Below, in pieces: positions 48,585-60,550 of a DNA stretch of 64,000 bases. The position numbers and the translations under genes were made by a program. The DNA comes from Asterias rubens (lineage: Eukaryota), in assembly GCF_902459465.1 (NCBI RefSeq), contig NC_047068.1:10416001-10480000 (forward strand), written 5' to 3'. The notes under the pieces were generated by a model, which did not search any database, was not told the DNA's origin, and saw only the letters and a program-made list of their open reading frames with translations. Numbering within the stretch: position 1 is the first letter of the stretch; the number at the start of each line of letters is the position of its first letter.

Positions 48585-49010
48585 CGCGTGCAATTATGTC
48601 CTCTATGCAATACTATCCGGAGGACATTATTGCATATGCAATATTGTCCGCCGGAAGGTTTTGCATATGCAATCGTGTCGCCCGGACGCTGCTGCATAAT
48701 GCAATTGTGTCCGCCCGGACACATTTGCATATGCAGTTGTGTCCGCCCCCATGCAAAACCGTCCTTGCAGTAAATATAACCGCCTTTTGTACAAGCTAAG
48801 TGCATGTCATGAATGACATGGGAAATGTTCGGCCATTGGGTATTCGCTGCAATCATTAAATACCGTGAATATTCATGCTGCACATACTGATGTACATGTC
48901 ATGTACATGTCCACTGGACGGTTTTTGCATAGCCCCGGACACGATTGCATATGCAAAACTGTCCGGAGCGGACAGCATTGCATGGCGGACACAATTGCAT
49001 CTGACACCTA
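48585..49010. repeat. Array of ~31-bp palindromic units GGAC..TGCATATGCA..GTCC
   Basis: TGCATATGCA at 48631, 48662, 48726 and 48946; variant TGCATAATGCA at 48693. Confidence 0.8.
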
Positions 49011-49458
49011 TACATGGACACAAACTCGAGGCAGAGCCGAGACGAGGCTTAAACTGCAGATTTGTTCTCAACCTTTTAAGGTATTTTGATGATTTTTACG
49101 TAAAGGTATTTATGCCTGAAGCCTTTGTTAAGCATATGAAAACAAATAGATTTGAACAACAAGGGTATTTTTCTTTCATTATTCTCTTGCAACTCCAAAT
49201 TTTCACAGATTTTTTATTTGATGCATTGTTGATAAGTCGCACGACCACGATACTGCCGTTTTTAAAGGCACTGGCCACACCTTTCGTAATTGCCAAAGAC
49301 CAGTATTTTCACTTGATATAGGCCTATCCCAACATATTATTGGTCATCAATTTGTCATCGAAGTTGCAAGAGATACATGAAAGAAAAACACCCTTGTTCC
49401 ACAAAATGTGTGTCATTTCATCTGCCTTATAAAAGGCTTCAGCTGAAGTCTCTTAATA

Positions 49459-49598
49459 NNNNNNNNNNNNNNNNNNNNNNNNNNNNNNNNNNNNNNNNNN
49501 NNNNNNNNNNNNNNNNNNNNNNNNNNNNNNNNNNNNNNNNNNNNNNNNNNNNNNNNNNNNNNNNNNNNNNNNNNNNNNNNNNNNNNNNNNNNNNNNNN
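49459..49598. other. Assembly gap (140 N) inside a MITE copy
   Basis: Run of N in the sequence. Confidence 1.
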
Positions 49599-50478
49599 CG
49601 CAATGTTTTTCTTTTTTTACTATACCAACATCTCTCCATTGCTCGTTGCCAAACGTTTTTATGCTAACCATTATTTTGAGTAGTTACCAAAAGTGTTCAG
49701 TGCCTTTAAAAATCACCTAAATTATTTTATTCCCACCCACGTTCAGGTATTTTCATCCACTTTTGTACAAAATAAAATAAGAAGTGTTATGGTAAAAATT
49801 TCAACAGTTGGGGCATAGGCCTATGGTACACACATAAGGAAAATAGGGTTCAATCGGGGTATATGAATACCCTTATTGAAGTATAATGAAACCTTCATGT
49901 TGCAGTAGTCGTGACTGAGTTATAAGCTAAGGGTATTGAGTTGTTGCAGAACAAACAATCAACATTTATACAAAAAATAGTAAATAATGTAAACACGATT
50001 ATGTAATTACAGTTTCCTCTTCGAGGGCTGTAGTTGAAGGCACTGGGCACGTTTGGTAATTGTCAAAGACCAGTGGTCTCACTTTGTGTGTCACAACATA
50101 GCCTATGCATAAAATAACAAATCTGTGAAAATTTGGGCTCAATATTGGTCATTGAATTTGCAAGAAGAATAATGAAAAAAAGAAAAAAAACTTGTTTTGT
50201 GTGCTTTCAGATGCATAATAAAATGCTTCAGCTGATAATGTTTTTGTTTTTTTGTTTGAGTGAGAAATTACCTCTTTCTCAAAAACTATACGTTACTTCA
50301 GAGGGAGCTGTTTCTCACAATGTTTTATTCTACCAACAGCTCCCCATAACTCGTTACCAAGTAAGTTACCAAGTAAGTTTTTATGCTGACAATTGTTTTG
50401 AATAGTTACCAATAGTGTCCATGCCTTTAATATGGTTTGATAGTTTTGTTAGAGAGATCACCAAACACTTAACAGTAA

Positions 50479-51486
50479 CTAGTGGCTGACGACTGTACCC
50501 GCAATATGTGTGTCGTACTCTGACGTAAAATTTGCGACAAGATCGCTAAAGTCCGGTGTATCTTGCTCGGTAACCATGGCAACGTGCGATCCAAAACTAA
50601 CACTACTGCTTACGCATTTGCGTGACGACGACGACAGTCCCTTTGCCCCGGGCTCCACGAAGAAGCTGGTGGGGAGGGAGCGTTTTCTCCACGGTAGGGC
50701 GCTCAGGGATTTTCCGGTGGGCTCTTGGTGGCGATGTACCCATCGATGCTCATCGCTGGTGCCCTGATGGTGATGTTCGATGCGTGTTTCATCAACACAG
50801 CCCCCAAGAGCAAAGTCAAATAACTCTTTCAAAGGTCCAAGCCCTTTAGTACAACCATTGACGGGATCGATGTTGTCAGCTGAGGAGGTTGACATATTAC
50901 GAGGAGATGAAGACGAATTGACTCCTCTCCGACCCCGACCGGACGAGGAGGGCTCAGCCGCATCGCCGCTCTGCGCCACCCTCAGTAAGTCCGCGTAGTA
51001 CAGCTCCCTCCCAGACTTCCCTGATGCAAAGCGATCCTCGTACACCGTCCCTAGCGATTCGGGTTCATGTGAACCCTTCTTGCGGCCAAAGTACTTCTGG
51101 ATGTCCCGATTGACAGCCTCGGCGAACTCGAGAAGCTGCTCGGCAACGTTGGGCTCGGGGTCCGACAGATCCTCGCTCGCCAATTCTGAGTCCATGTCAG
51201 CGGAAGTGTAGAGTGACTCGTTGTCACTATCTTCAACATCATCGTCTTCTACATCGTCGTCTTCCTCGTCGTAATCGTCTTGTACTTCGCCGTGTCTGCT
51301 GAGGACTTGATCTTGGTAACTTCGCTGAGGAGTGTAGTAATCGTAACCGCTCATTTGATGGTGGTGTTGATGGTGTTGTTGGTGGTGGTGATGATGGTGA
51401 CGAGGGTAACCGTGATGACCGAAGTTTACTGCCGTCATATTTGGGTGATGAGCGGCATAGCTCACTGCCATCTCAGTAGCCATCAT
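50479..51486 (-). CDS. PERCC1: PERCC1-like protein (FAM181/YAP-type TEAD-binding co-regulator family), single coding exon, 335 aa
   Basis: Ordered motifs QLLEFAEAVNRDIQKYFGRK, RELYYADLLRVA, LGPLKELFDF, PWRKRSLPTSFFVEP and TPDFSDLVANF match my recollection of the vertebrate PERCC1 blocks. An in-frame TGA lies upstream and the first ATG is at 51486. Confidence 0.85.
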   Translation of the reverse strand: MMATEMAVSYAAHHPNMTAVNFGHHGYPRHHHHHHQQHHQHHHQMSGYDYYTPQRSYQDQVLSRHGEVQDDYDEEDDDVEDDDVEDSDNESLYTSADMDSELASEDLSDPEPNVAEQLLEFAEAVNRDIQKYFGRKKGSHEPESLGTVYEDRFASGKSGRELYYADLLRVAQSGDAAEPSSSGRGRRGVNSSSSPRNMSTSSADNIDPVNGCTKGLGPLKELFDFALGGCVDETRIEHHHQGTSDEHRWVHRHQEPTGKSLSALPWRKRSLPTSFFVEPGAKGLSSSSRKCVSSSVSFGSHVAMVTEQDTPDFSDLVANFTSEYDTHIAGTVVSH

Positions 51487-51772
51487 TTCGGAATCGCCGC
51501 ACTTGGTTCCCACAGTTCACGATCCGTGGCACTTGCTTTTTTCTCTTCAAGTTCAGAGATGTCCCTTGCTGACGATATCAATATCTCGACCCGACAGTAG
51601 GCCTAATCGAAGTTCACAATCTGAAAAAGGGGTTTATGAGAAAATTAATAACTAAAAGCAGTATTTGTTATAATGGTTATTCAAAATGTTATTCTGAAAG
51701 TGGAGGACACGGTATAAGACAAACAACAAACCATTTTTGATATCTTTACAAAAATACTTCACTGAGATTTAC

Positions 51773-51875
51773 CTCGCGCGTGAAAGCAAAAACCGCTTCC
51801 ACTGAGCCGTACGGCTGCAACTGTCAACTGCTGATAAATGGCCACCGCAAACAAACTGCCCTGCTTTTAAATTTC
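51773..51875 (-). promoter_or_regulatory. Putative non-coding first exon and core promoter of PERCC1
   Basis: Minus-strand donor GAG|GTAAAT at 51772 and acceptor TTTTTCAG|ATT at 51621 define a 152-nt 5'UTR intron. A TATA-like ATTTAAAA lies at about 51865-51872, with a Fox-type site, a GATA site and two CAACTG E-boxes nearby. Confidence 0.5.
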
Positions 51876-52479
51876 GCGTAAATCATTATCAAGTTCCAAC
51901 CGAAAAGGACGAAACGTTCCATCCGAGCAGCCCCGGCTCAGCTTGGGATTAAATTACAGCCATGAAATTTAGGTCGGCAGTTTTTTTTTAGCGTTCCTCA
52001 TCAGTTGAACAACACGCATACTGAGACAAAACAAAACAAATATTCAACCACAAACTATCGAGAGTGTATCATTCACAATGATCAGAATAAAAATGTACGG
52101 ACTACTGTTTGTGGGGCGTAAATGATCCCCATCATGGTGCGGGGGAGAGCGAGCAGGCGACCGGCGACCCTATTTAGCTAGACTTCAGTCGGCTCGACTC
52201 ATTTTGACGGCGACATTTATTCTACAAAAAAACACCGAGCTACCGTATAATACATGAACTTTGGACGCTGAAATGGGAAGTGTCAACCTCGACCGATGCT
52301 TCAAGTAATTTTGCTCTCTTTTCTTTCCTACGTTTGTTTGTGTATTAGTTTACAGGAAATGTAGTAGGCCATATTTAATTGTGGGGGGTTGATTATTGTG
52401 GATGCTGCGTCGTGCACTTTTAGTTAAGATTTTATAAACAGAAAGTGCATTTGGGGAGCATACGAAATGCGTTTTGAAC

Positions 52480-52680
52480 AGAACCGTTTGTTTCAACTCG
52501 ACGTTTCGATCAGTTTGCTCTAATCGTCTTCTGGAGAAAGCTGTTTTCTGCCTCTACTTTCCCCAGAAACGATCAGAGCAGACTGATCGAAACGTCGAGT
52601 TGAAACCAGCGGTTCTTTTCAGAACCACCCCAACTCATTTGAGAGATTATCATTACATGGTGTTACCGCAAACCTTACCT
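52480..52680. mobile_element. Head-to-head pseudo-LTR-like relic with hammerhead-like motifs; a further copy at 57195-57305
   Basis: CAGAAGAC-GATCAG-agcata-CTGATC-GAAAC consensus is seen in inverted orientation at 52495-52545 and 52560-52610, and again at 57255-57305. Confidence 0.55.
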
Positions 52681-55030
52681 TATCGTATTCCCACCATGAA
52701 TAGTTTCAAATCCTACTTCAAATAATTTTTAGTCTACGTGCAAGTTAGAAACCGTTATTTATTGCTATTTTGTAAAACCAACTTACTTCTTCATTTAAAC
52801 CAACCATTAGCGCAAACTACTCAATTTCATCACATTGTCAGCCATTTTTTTCCTTCTGAATTTTTAGTACAGAGTCAAACGACGGAGGTAACTCTTTTGT
52901 GTGAGTGTTGGCTCTGAAAAAGCGCCGGTGTGGTCTCGACTTTTCAAACAGTAAAAAACGAGCGGACGAGCAGAGTATACTCTCTTTGGGAAGCCAAAGG
53001 AAGCCATTAACTAACTCCCGAGCTGGGAGAGCAATGATCTAAATGAGCCATTACTTTATTCTTCAGTGTATTGTCAATATTTAAAAACAAATTTGGAGAG
53101 GGGAAAAATGAAATTTTGAAACATTGATTATTCTTAATTGCCCCTAAATGTGTAAAATTTCTTCTCCCGCACACGTGTGGATAGTTTCAGTATTTTCCCA
53201 CGTTATTCATGGGTTTCTGAAAGGGGGGAAAACTCATATAGTTGAATGGGCTATTATTATCAAACGCACTGCATATTTCTAAACATTTACGAATGTTCTC
53301 CATAAACAATACAAGTGGTGGGTGCCGGCCGGCTGGCCAGTGGTGGGGGGAACCTCTCAAGTATAAACTCGGACGGTCCCCATCTTTTAAGTGAGCTGCT
53401 GCAATAATATAAAGATGCCCGACACCCATCCTCAGACGCTATTGAACTTGGCAGCCCGTCAACGGCCGGCCTCGTCGGTTGCTGCCCATCGCTCTGCGGC
53501 CGGCCGGGGCAGCAGCGGGCAAAATATTAATGGAAACAACCGTCACCATCTCCCCCACTCCCCGCGCGGGCCGGTGTGGAGAACTGAGCAAACACATCTG
53601 CAAACGAATTAACGTCAGCAAAACCTCGGCCATATATCATTCTGGTTTTATAGTCAAAAGGACAAGTAGGCCTAGTTATTAATACTCACCCACCCCCCTA
53701 AACTCGCTGCGATTATTATTGCCCGTTATTGAACGGCACGTCAATGAATTCTCTCTCACTCTAAGTGGACTGCTGTTGATGGGGCCTTTTTTTTAAGAGA
53801 GGGTTTATGTTTTTTGATGAGGCCTCTTGCGGCTTCTCCCCCTACTCAAGTCGCAAGGATTGCTAGCGAGATTCCTCGGCCACGGGCATGAAGCTAATTA
53901 TTTCAAGCCACCAGCTTGTCAAGTAGACAGACACAAAAAAAGATCACGACACCTCGGTACTTAGCGTTCACAATCCTGTTTTTCATGGGGCCAGACGGGC
54001 CTAATTACGGCGAAGGGTTCTCCAGAAGGACACGCTCAGTTACAACGGTCCAAGAAGTCAACATCTTTTATAAGTATCTTTTAAGGCCACTTAAAAAAAC
54101 GCACTTTGTCGGTTTTAAGACTGATATTAAGAAAGACTATTGTACTTTTTACTCCAGTATTTTCGTTTCTGTTCGTTTAGCTTTTTAGAGATTGCAATCA
54201 CTTTGTTATTTGAATCCTACATTTATACATAAACCGACAACGAAGAAGGAATTCTGTATCCAGAGAAGATTATCTGACATAATGGTGCAGGTTTTTAAAA
54301 TATTTTTTTAGTTTTTTTTTTAAATGCTTTTCATGAGGGTTCGTAAAGGGAAGGTACCCGTTTGGTAATTACTCAAAACAAATATTAACTTAAACACTGA
54401 CTTAGTAACGAGCATTGGAGAGCTGTTGATGGTATTATATAGAACATTTTGAGAAACGGCTCCCTCGGAAGTAGCATATATTTTGAGAAAGAGGTAGTTT
54501 CTCAATAAAAGACTTCTAGTAGTCTTCTATTCCTGTCTGAAAGCACCCAAATTACTCCAACACGGGTGTTTTTTCTTTCATCATTTTCTCGCAACTTCGA
54601 TGACCAATTTAGCTCAAATTTTCACAGGCTTGTTATTTTATTCTTATGTTTGGATGCACCAAATGAGAAGACTGGTTTTTAACAATTACCAAACGTGCAT
54701 CATTCCCTTTAAACACACATGGTGCATGTTCTCAGATACAGTGAATGACTTTGTGCTTAATTCTTTTATTTCATCCGTTTTACCGTCAAAATAGCACGAC
54801 CATTATTCTATAGAGAAGTATATCCTCCTGTTTTTCATTAGTTAGGCTATCATGCATTGTTCTTTTTGAAATTGAATTCAGTTTTATTCAAACCCTTTAA
54901 GAAAATGAATGAAATCGGTTTACCTTTTCCAGAATAAAGAAATTAAACCAAGCTTTGATACTTCTGACCGATAGTTTTTCCGATCAATCGATAGAAACAT
55001 TACCGCGCGATACCTAATCGATTCCGCTTC

Positions 55031-55401
55031 TTAAAGCCATTGGACACTTTCGGTAAACAGTATTGCCCAGTGGCAAACACTTCGTGTATCACAACTTATA
55101 TATAAAATAACAAACCTAGGAAAATTTAGGCTCAATCGGTCATCGGAGTCGGGAAAAAATAACGGGAAAACCCACCCTTGTTTCCGAAAGTTTCGCCGTG
55201 TCATGACATGTGTTTAAAATAAATCCGTAATTCTCTGTATCGAGAATTGATAATGCTTTTAATGTTCTCCAAAAAGTAAGGCATTTCGTGGAATAATATT
55301 TCAAGAGAAGTCTTTCACCATTACCTTCTGTAAACCCTGTAAATTATTTGTAAATCTGTGAACTTTTTTTTTTCTGTTCCGAAAGTGTCCAATGGCTTTA
55401 A
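55031..55401. mobile_element. TTAA MITE family C (AGCCATTGGACACTTTCGG TIR); truncated copy at 30079-30227
   Basis: Perfect terminal IR with TTAA on both sides. Confidence 0.8.
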
Positions 55402-57800
55402 AGGAACATAATATAGAATTGGTGTTTACTAAAAATACAGTTGCTGGCGGAATCCACCATATTTATAAAGTGACAAACCTGTAGAAGTTTGAGATCGATT
55501 GGTCATCTGGGTCACGAGAAAATAGTGAACAACTTATTACACATTTTGCATGATATCGATTAAAAACATAAATGAATAAAACGCTCACCGAGCGATAAAC
55601 TCCAAACAGGAAATTGGTTTTATTTATTTCTCATCAAATAAAACAAAAGAATGGTTTAAACGCGAAAGAACAAAGTCAAGTTTATTTTGTCTTCGATCCC
55701 GTTTAGGGGAAATAGGCAAGAGTTTTAGTGGGGGCGCAAGCCGCCGTGTGCCCCTCTCGCTTCTCGCTCGTTTTACGCTGCTGCTGTTATATGGATTTAA
55801 AGACACTGGACACCTTCGGTAATTGTTATAGACCAGTCTTCCCACTTGGTGCATCTCAACATATACACCAAATAACAAACCTGTGAAAATTTGAACTCAA
55901 TTGGTCGTCTCAAAGATTGTGAGATAATTATGAAAGAAAAAACACCCTTGTCACGCGAAGTTATTGTGTGCTTTCAGATGCTTGAATTCGAGACCTCAAA
56001 ATCAAATTCCGAGGTCTCAAAATCAAATTCTAATATTTTAGTGAGAAATAACTTCTTTCTCGAAAACGACGTTACTTCAGAGGGAGCCGTTTCTCACAAT
56101 GTTTTATACTACCAACATCTCTCCATTTATCGCTAAAAAAGTAATGTTTTATGCTAACAATTATTTTGAGCAATTACCAATAGTGATCCGTGCCTTTAAA
56201 AGCTTGGATTGTTGTTATAAAATATTATGTTATGCCAGATCAAAGTGGGCACATAAAAATGAGCACGTCACGAGTCGCCATACAACAAGCGAAAACTGAA
56301 ACCGTCACACATGGACCATGGGTGATGTAGAGGATGGGGTTGAGAAACGTATTATGTTCATGTACAATACAATACAATACAATAATCTTTATTAGATCCC
56401 AAAAAGGGTAATTCAAATGCTCGCATACAGTAAAAACATTGACACATTAAAAACATTACCAAACAGACAAGAATGAGATTTGAATGATATTTGAATGAGA
56501 TTACTCTTCCAAAAAGCAATGATGTTGTATTTGTATCATAGCGTTATCTACTAGGCTGTTTGAAATCTCATCCATTATAAATTATGAGAAAACTCATCCA
56601 AAGGGTCAGGGTCATCCAAAGTTTTTACGGGGGATTTCTCAAGGGGGACTTTTCTAGGGGGATTTTTCACGGGGCATTTTTCACGGGGGGATATTTTCAC
56701 AAAAAAGGAGGTCGGAGGTCGGAGACCAGATATGACTTTGGTGTAAAATTTTGATTTTCTTAACCAATGTGCATCAATTTTGAAAGAAAACTTTTGATAA
56801 GTAATTTAAAGCAGACCAGCAATTTTCTAATTGCAAATATAGAGGAAATGGTCGATTACACTTAGCTTTTGTACAGTGTTTTTTAGTTTTCTATGGCACT
56901 GTTTTGAAAAGAAAAAGAGGAAATCAGCTGATCAGCTAAAAAGTTCCATGCCTGGTATTGTCTGGGGGAGACGGGGTCATCAGAAGTTGAACTTCTTGAC
57001 ACCCTGAAAATGTTACACATTTGGACGGTCCGTATATTAGACCGTGTCTAAAACAGACGGCTTCGGCAGGGACTATAATCATTCTTAAAGGTTTCGTTGC
57101 GGCCAACGGGCGCAATAGCCGTAGCCAGAGATTTGACGACGCGATCTATCCGGGCTATTAATAATATAGAACATTTACAGCGCGATAATAGTAAATATTT
57201 GCGGTAACACCATGGATAATGATAATCTCTAAGTGGTTCTAAAAAGTACCATTGGTTTCAACTTGAAGTTTCGATCAGTATGCTCTGATCGTCTTCTGGA
57301 GAAAGCCTATAAATATATATTTATAATGCGCACAAACCAACAAAAAAAACCTCATGAGCAACACAGAGCACGAAAACAAAAGCAACATAACATGTACATA
57401 ACAGCAAACAGGATACAATCATATGACACACTTTCTGTAAAGGCACGATGGACACCGTTGGTAATTGTCGAAGACCAGTCTTCTCACATGGTGTATCCCA
57501 ACATATGCATAAAATAACAAACCTGTGAAAATTTGAGCTCAATATTGGTCATCAAAGATTCAAAACAACAATGAAAGAAAAACATCCTAGTTGCATTAGT
57601 CTGTGTGCTTTCAGATGCATAATAAAAGGCTTCAACTGAAATCATTTATTATTTGAGTGAGAAATAAATGTTTTAGACCATAAACACTCAGTGCTCATTA
57701 CCAAGTAAGTTATTATGCTAACAATTAGGCTTATTTTGAGTAGCCTAGTTACCAATATTGTCCAATGCCTTTATTTGAAGAAAAAAAGGTATTTTCTGAA

Positions 57801-58210
57801 CTTACCTTGTTTTAGTCGGTTTCAACAACAACAAAAGTAGATTAGGCGTACAGTAGTACGTTGCAGATAAGCACCAACAAAGATGCCCAAAAACCCACAA
57901 CACTACACCATCAGCCAGTCCCTTCTGGCCTTCTACTAAAAAAAGTACAGAGTCCCAAAACTCCCATTCAGGTTTTTATATCAGTAACAGTAAACTAGGC
58001 CAAGCACCTGCTGAAGAGCTGCCAGTTTCCCCCCTCCTCTTTTTATATTTCACTCTCATGAAAACCGTGTGCTCCCCTATTATAGCTGCATAGTTACTCT
58101 CTCTCGCTCTCGATCTACTACTTCACATTTTGCAGACGACATGGTCCCGCGATCACGATTGGCTGACGTTCAGCTGGTGTGACGTCATAGCTCTAAACCG
58201 ATTGGTCAGA
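57801..58210. promoter_or_regulatory. Promoter-like island (CRE plus two CCAAT boxes) with a minus-strand splice donor
   Basis: TGACGTCA at 58180-58187; ATTGG at 58158 and 58201; TATAAA on - at about 58042-58047; AAG|GTAAG on - at 57805. Confidence 0.35.
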
Positions 58211-60417
58211 GCGCCCGTGGTTGATTATACGTGGATGTTTTCTCTCTCGAGCAGCCGACATTCTGGGTTTTTTTTATGACGAACTCCGGTCAAAGTTCGC
58301 CAGTTTCAATGTTATCAGAATAGAAGTGTAAAATGGGAGGGACAATTATTATTGCAGCATATTTGATGTTGTCTATAGAACGATAACACTTTCGGCTTTG
58401 TTGTGTGTTGGTAGCAGAAGTAATATTTATCTTCTTCTTCTTCTTTTTTTCGCAAGGGAAATAGTTGTTATGATTTTAGTTACAAAGTCTGCATGGGCAA
58501 ATATTATGGAATATTGTTAACAAAATGGTTGTGTCAAAGCTGCTGGAATACTTCTCTGAACAATTTGAAAACTAAGCCGTTGACTAATTTACAGAAAAGG
58601 AAAACAATTCTTTTATTTGTTTCTAACAAAGTTTCCTCAGGCCATCGCATTATTTTCCATTTGTGTATTAAACTTGCTAAACCAATTGTTTTGGGGTAAC
58701 TATAACACATAAGTTAACTTCGAATTGCAGCAGAAAATATATTGCGATGAATAAGTTTGTTTACATACAGTCTTGTCTTAGAATAATGACAAACCATAAC
58801 TTGTAGAAAAAAAGTATGTTGCATTCAAATAAATTCAATTAACAATTACTTTCATATTGGTGAAAAGGTGAGAATAATAAACAAATTAAGTAAAATTGTT
58901 TAAAGACAGTGGACACTATTGGTAATTGCCAAAGACCAGTCTTCTCACTTGCTGTATCTCATCATATGCATGAAATAACAAACCTGTGGAAATTTGAGCT
59001 CAATCGGTCATCGAAGTTGCGAGATAACAATAAAGGAAAAAAAAACACCCTTGTTACACAAAGTTGTGTGCTTTCTGATGCTTGAATTCGAGGAAAGTGA
59101 CTTCTTTCTCGAAAACTACGTTACTTCAGAGGGAGCCGTTTCTCATAATATGTTTTTTACTATCAACCTCTCCCCATTACTCGTTACCAAGTGAGGTTGT
59201 GTGCTAATACTTATTTTGAGTAAGTACCAATAGTGTCCACTGCCTTTAAGTCAAAGACAGTCAGGAACATTGGTCAAGAAATTCATGAAAATGAAATGCA
59301 AAACGAATATAATGTTAAGGATACGGGGCAAACCAATATTGGGGCATTTGCAGAAAGAAGTCAGAGAGGCTTGTTTTGAAATGCCACGAGAATTTAGAAA
59401 TAATCAATTAAATTGTTTTATTATGGGGAGCACCAAAGGCTGTGCAAAACCCGTACTGTTTTGAGCGGGAAAGTGCTACCGTTACTAATTCGATTACTAA
59501 ATTCACTGAATAAAAAGCGTGTCCAGTTTGTTTGTCCTTATACCTTTGCCCCCACCCCGCCCAATATTCCACCTTCTTTCTTTGACATACTAGGGTCTTT
59601 AACCTACCCCCCAAATCTCTTGTTTGAGAAACAAAAATCCGACTTTTACTGTTCACATATCAAAAGCTTCCAGCTGGAGTGTGTAAAAAGGCAACTTTAC
59701 AAAGCGGCAAAGATTTGCATAAATTATCTGACAAAAAACCTTGCGTTAACCGCCCATGTTAGCGCATACAAACTAAGACTGACTTTAAAAAGCGTATAGA
59801 CTTAACACATCAAAGACAACCGCGACGGAGGCCATTCGGCTTGTTAATTGTTTTGCGAACTGTTCAGAAATTCCATCCCCAGAAATGAAAGACGTCACTT
59901 TCTTTTTCGGGGCCGCTATAACTGCGGTCCAGGTTGGGTTTTTAAATCCGAAGGGAAAACATTGACTAACATTACGCTGTGAGTGTACACAGATTAAGTC
60001 CGTATATGCACAGTGTGGGTATACAAGCGTGCAAGCAAGGGGGCCTCGTTATTATCGCGTTGAAAGGATTGAAAAATAGAGAAAGAAATCTTAAATTAAT
60101 CGGCAAACAGATTGAAGGCGTTGGGGGAAAAAAAATACGGGGGGTGATGAATAATTATTTTAGGTCTGGAAGATATCTTGGGTTAGCCTTTGTGGCGCTC
60201 GTTTTATTCCTCCTCAAAGTATTGTCGAATTAGCTCTTAATCCCAAGCTGTGTTTTCTCTTAATACAAACAACCCTTGATCTGGTGCTGGGGATACTTCC
60301 AACGGTTTGATAGAACATTTTATCAACACAAAAAGTTATTGGACCAACATTGCCTAATAGCTTTTAAATCTATAAGATTTTGTTTATCATCACAGTGTAA
60401 TCGGTTTTGTACTGCCT

Positions 60418-60550
60418 AAGGCCGTGTCCGAAACGGCGACTTCGGCTACAGCTACGGCTAGATCGCGCGCGTCTGCCTATTCTTCAACACTGGTAGACGC
60501 GCTGATCTAGACGTAGCTGTAGCCGAAGTCATCGTTTTCGGACACGGCCT
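60418..60550. mobile_element. Small palindromic MITE (AGGCCGTGTCCGAA TIR, possibly Harbinger-type); related copy at 20801-20943
   Basis: Near-perfect fold-back with GGCTAC subterminal repeats. Confidence 0.65.

Noticed and set aside
48585-49010. CRISPR-like appearance of regularly spaced palindromes
   Set aside because: Eukaryotic context, degenerate tandem units with no unique spacers, and no cas genes.
49377-49671. ORFs spanning the N run
   Set aside because: Artefacts of the assembly gap.
51280-51600. 106-aa plus-strand ORF opposite PERCC1
   Set aside because: Antisense shadow of the His and Asp codon repeats.
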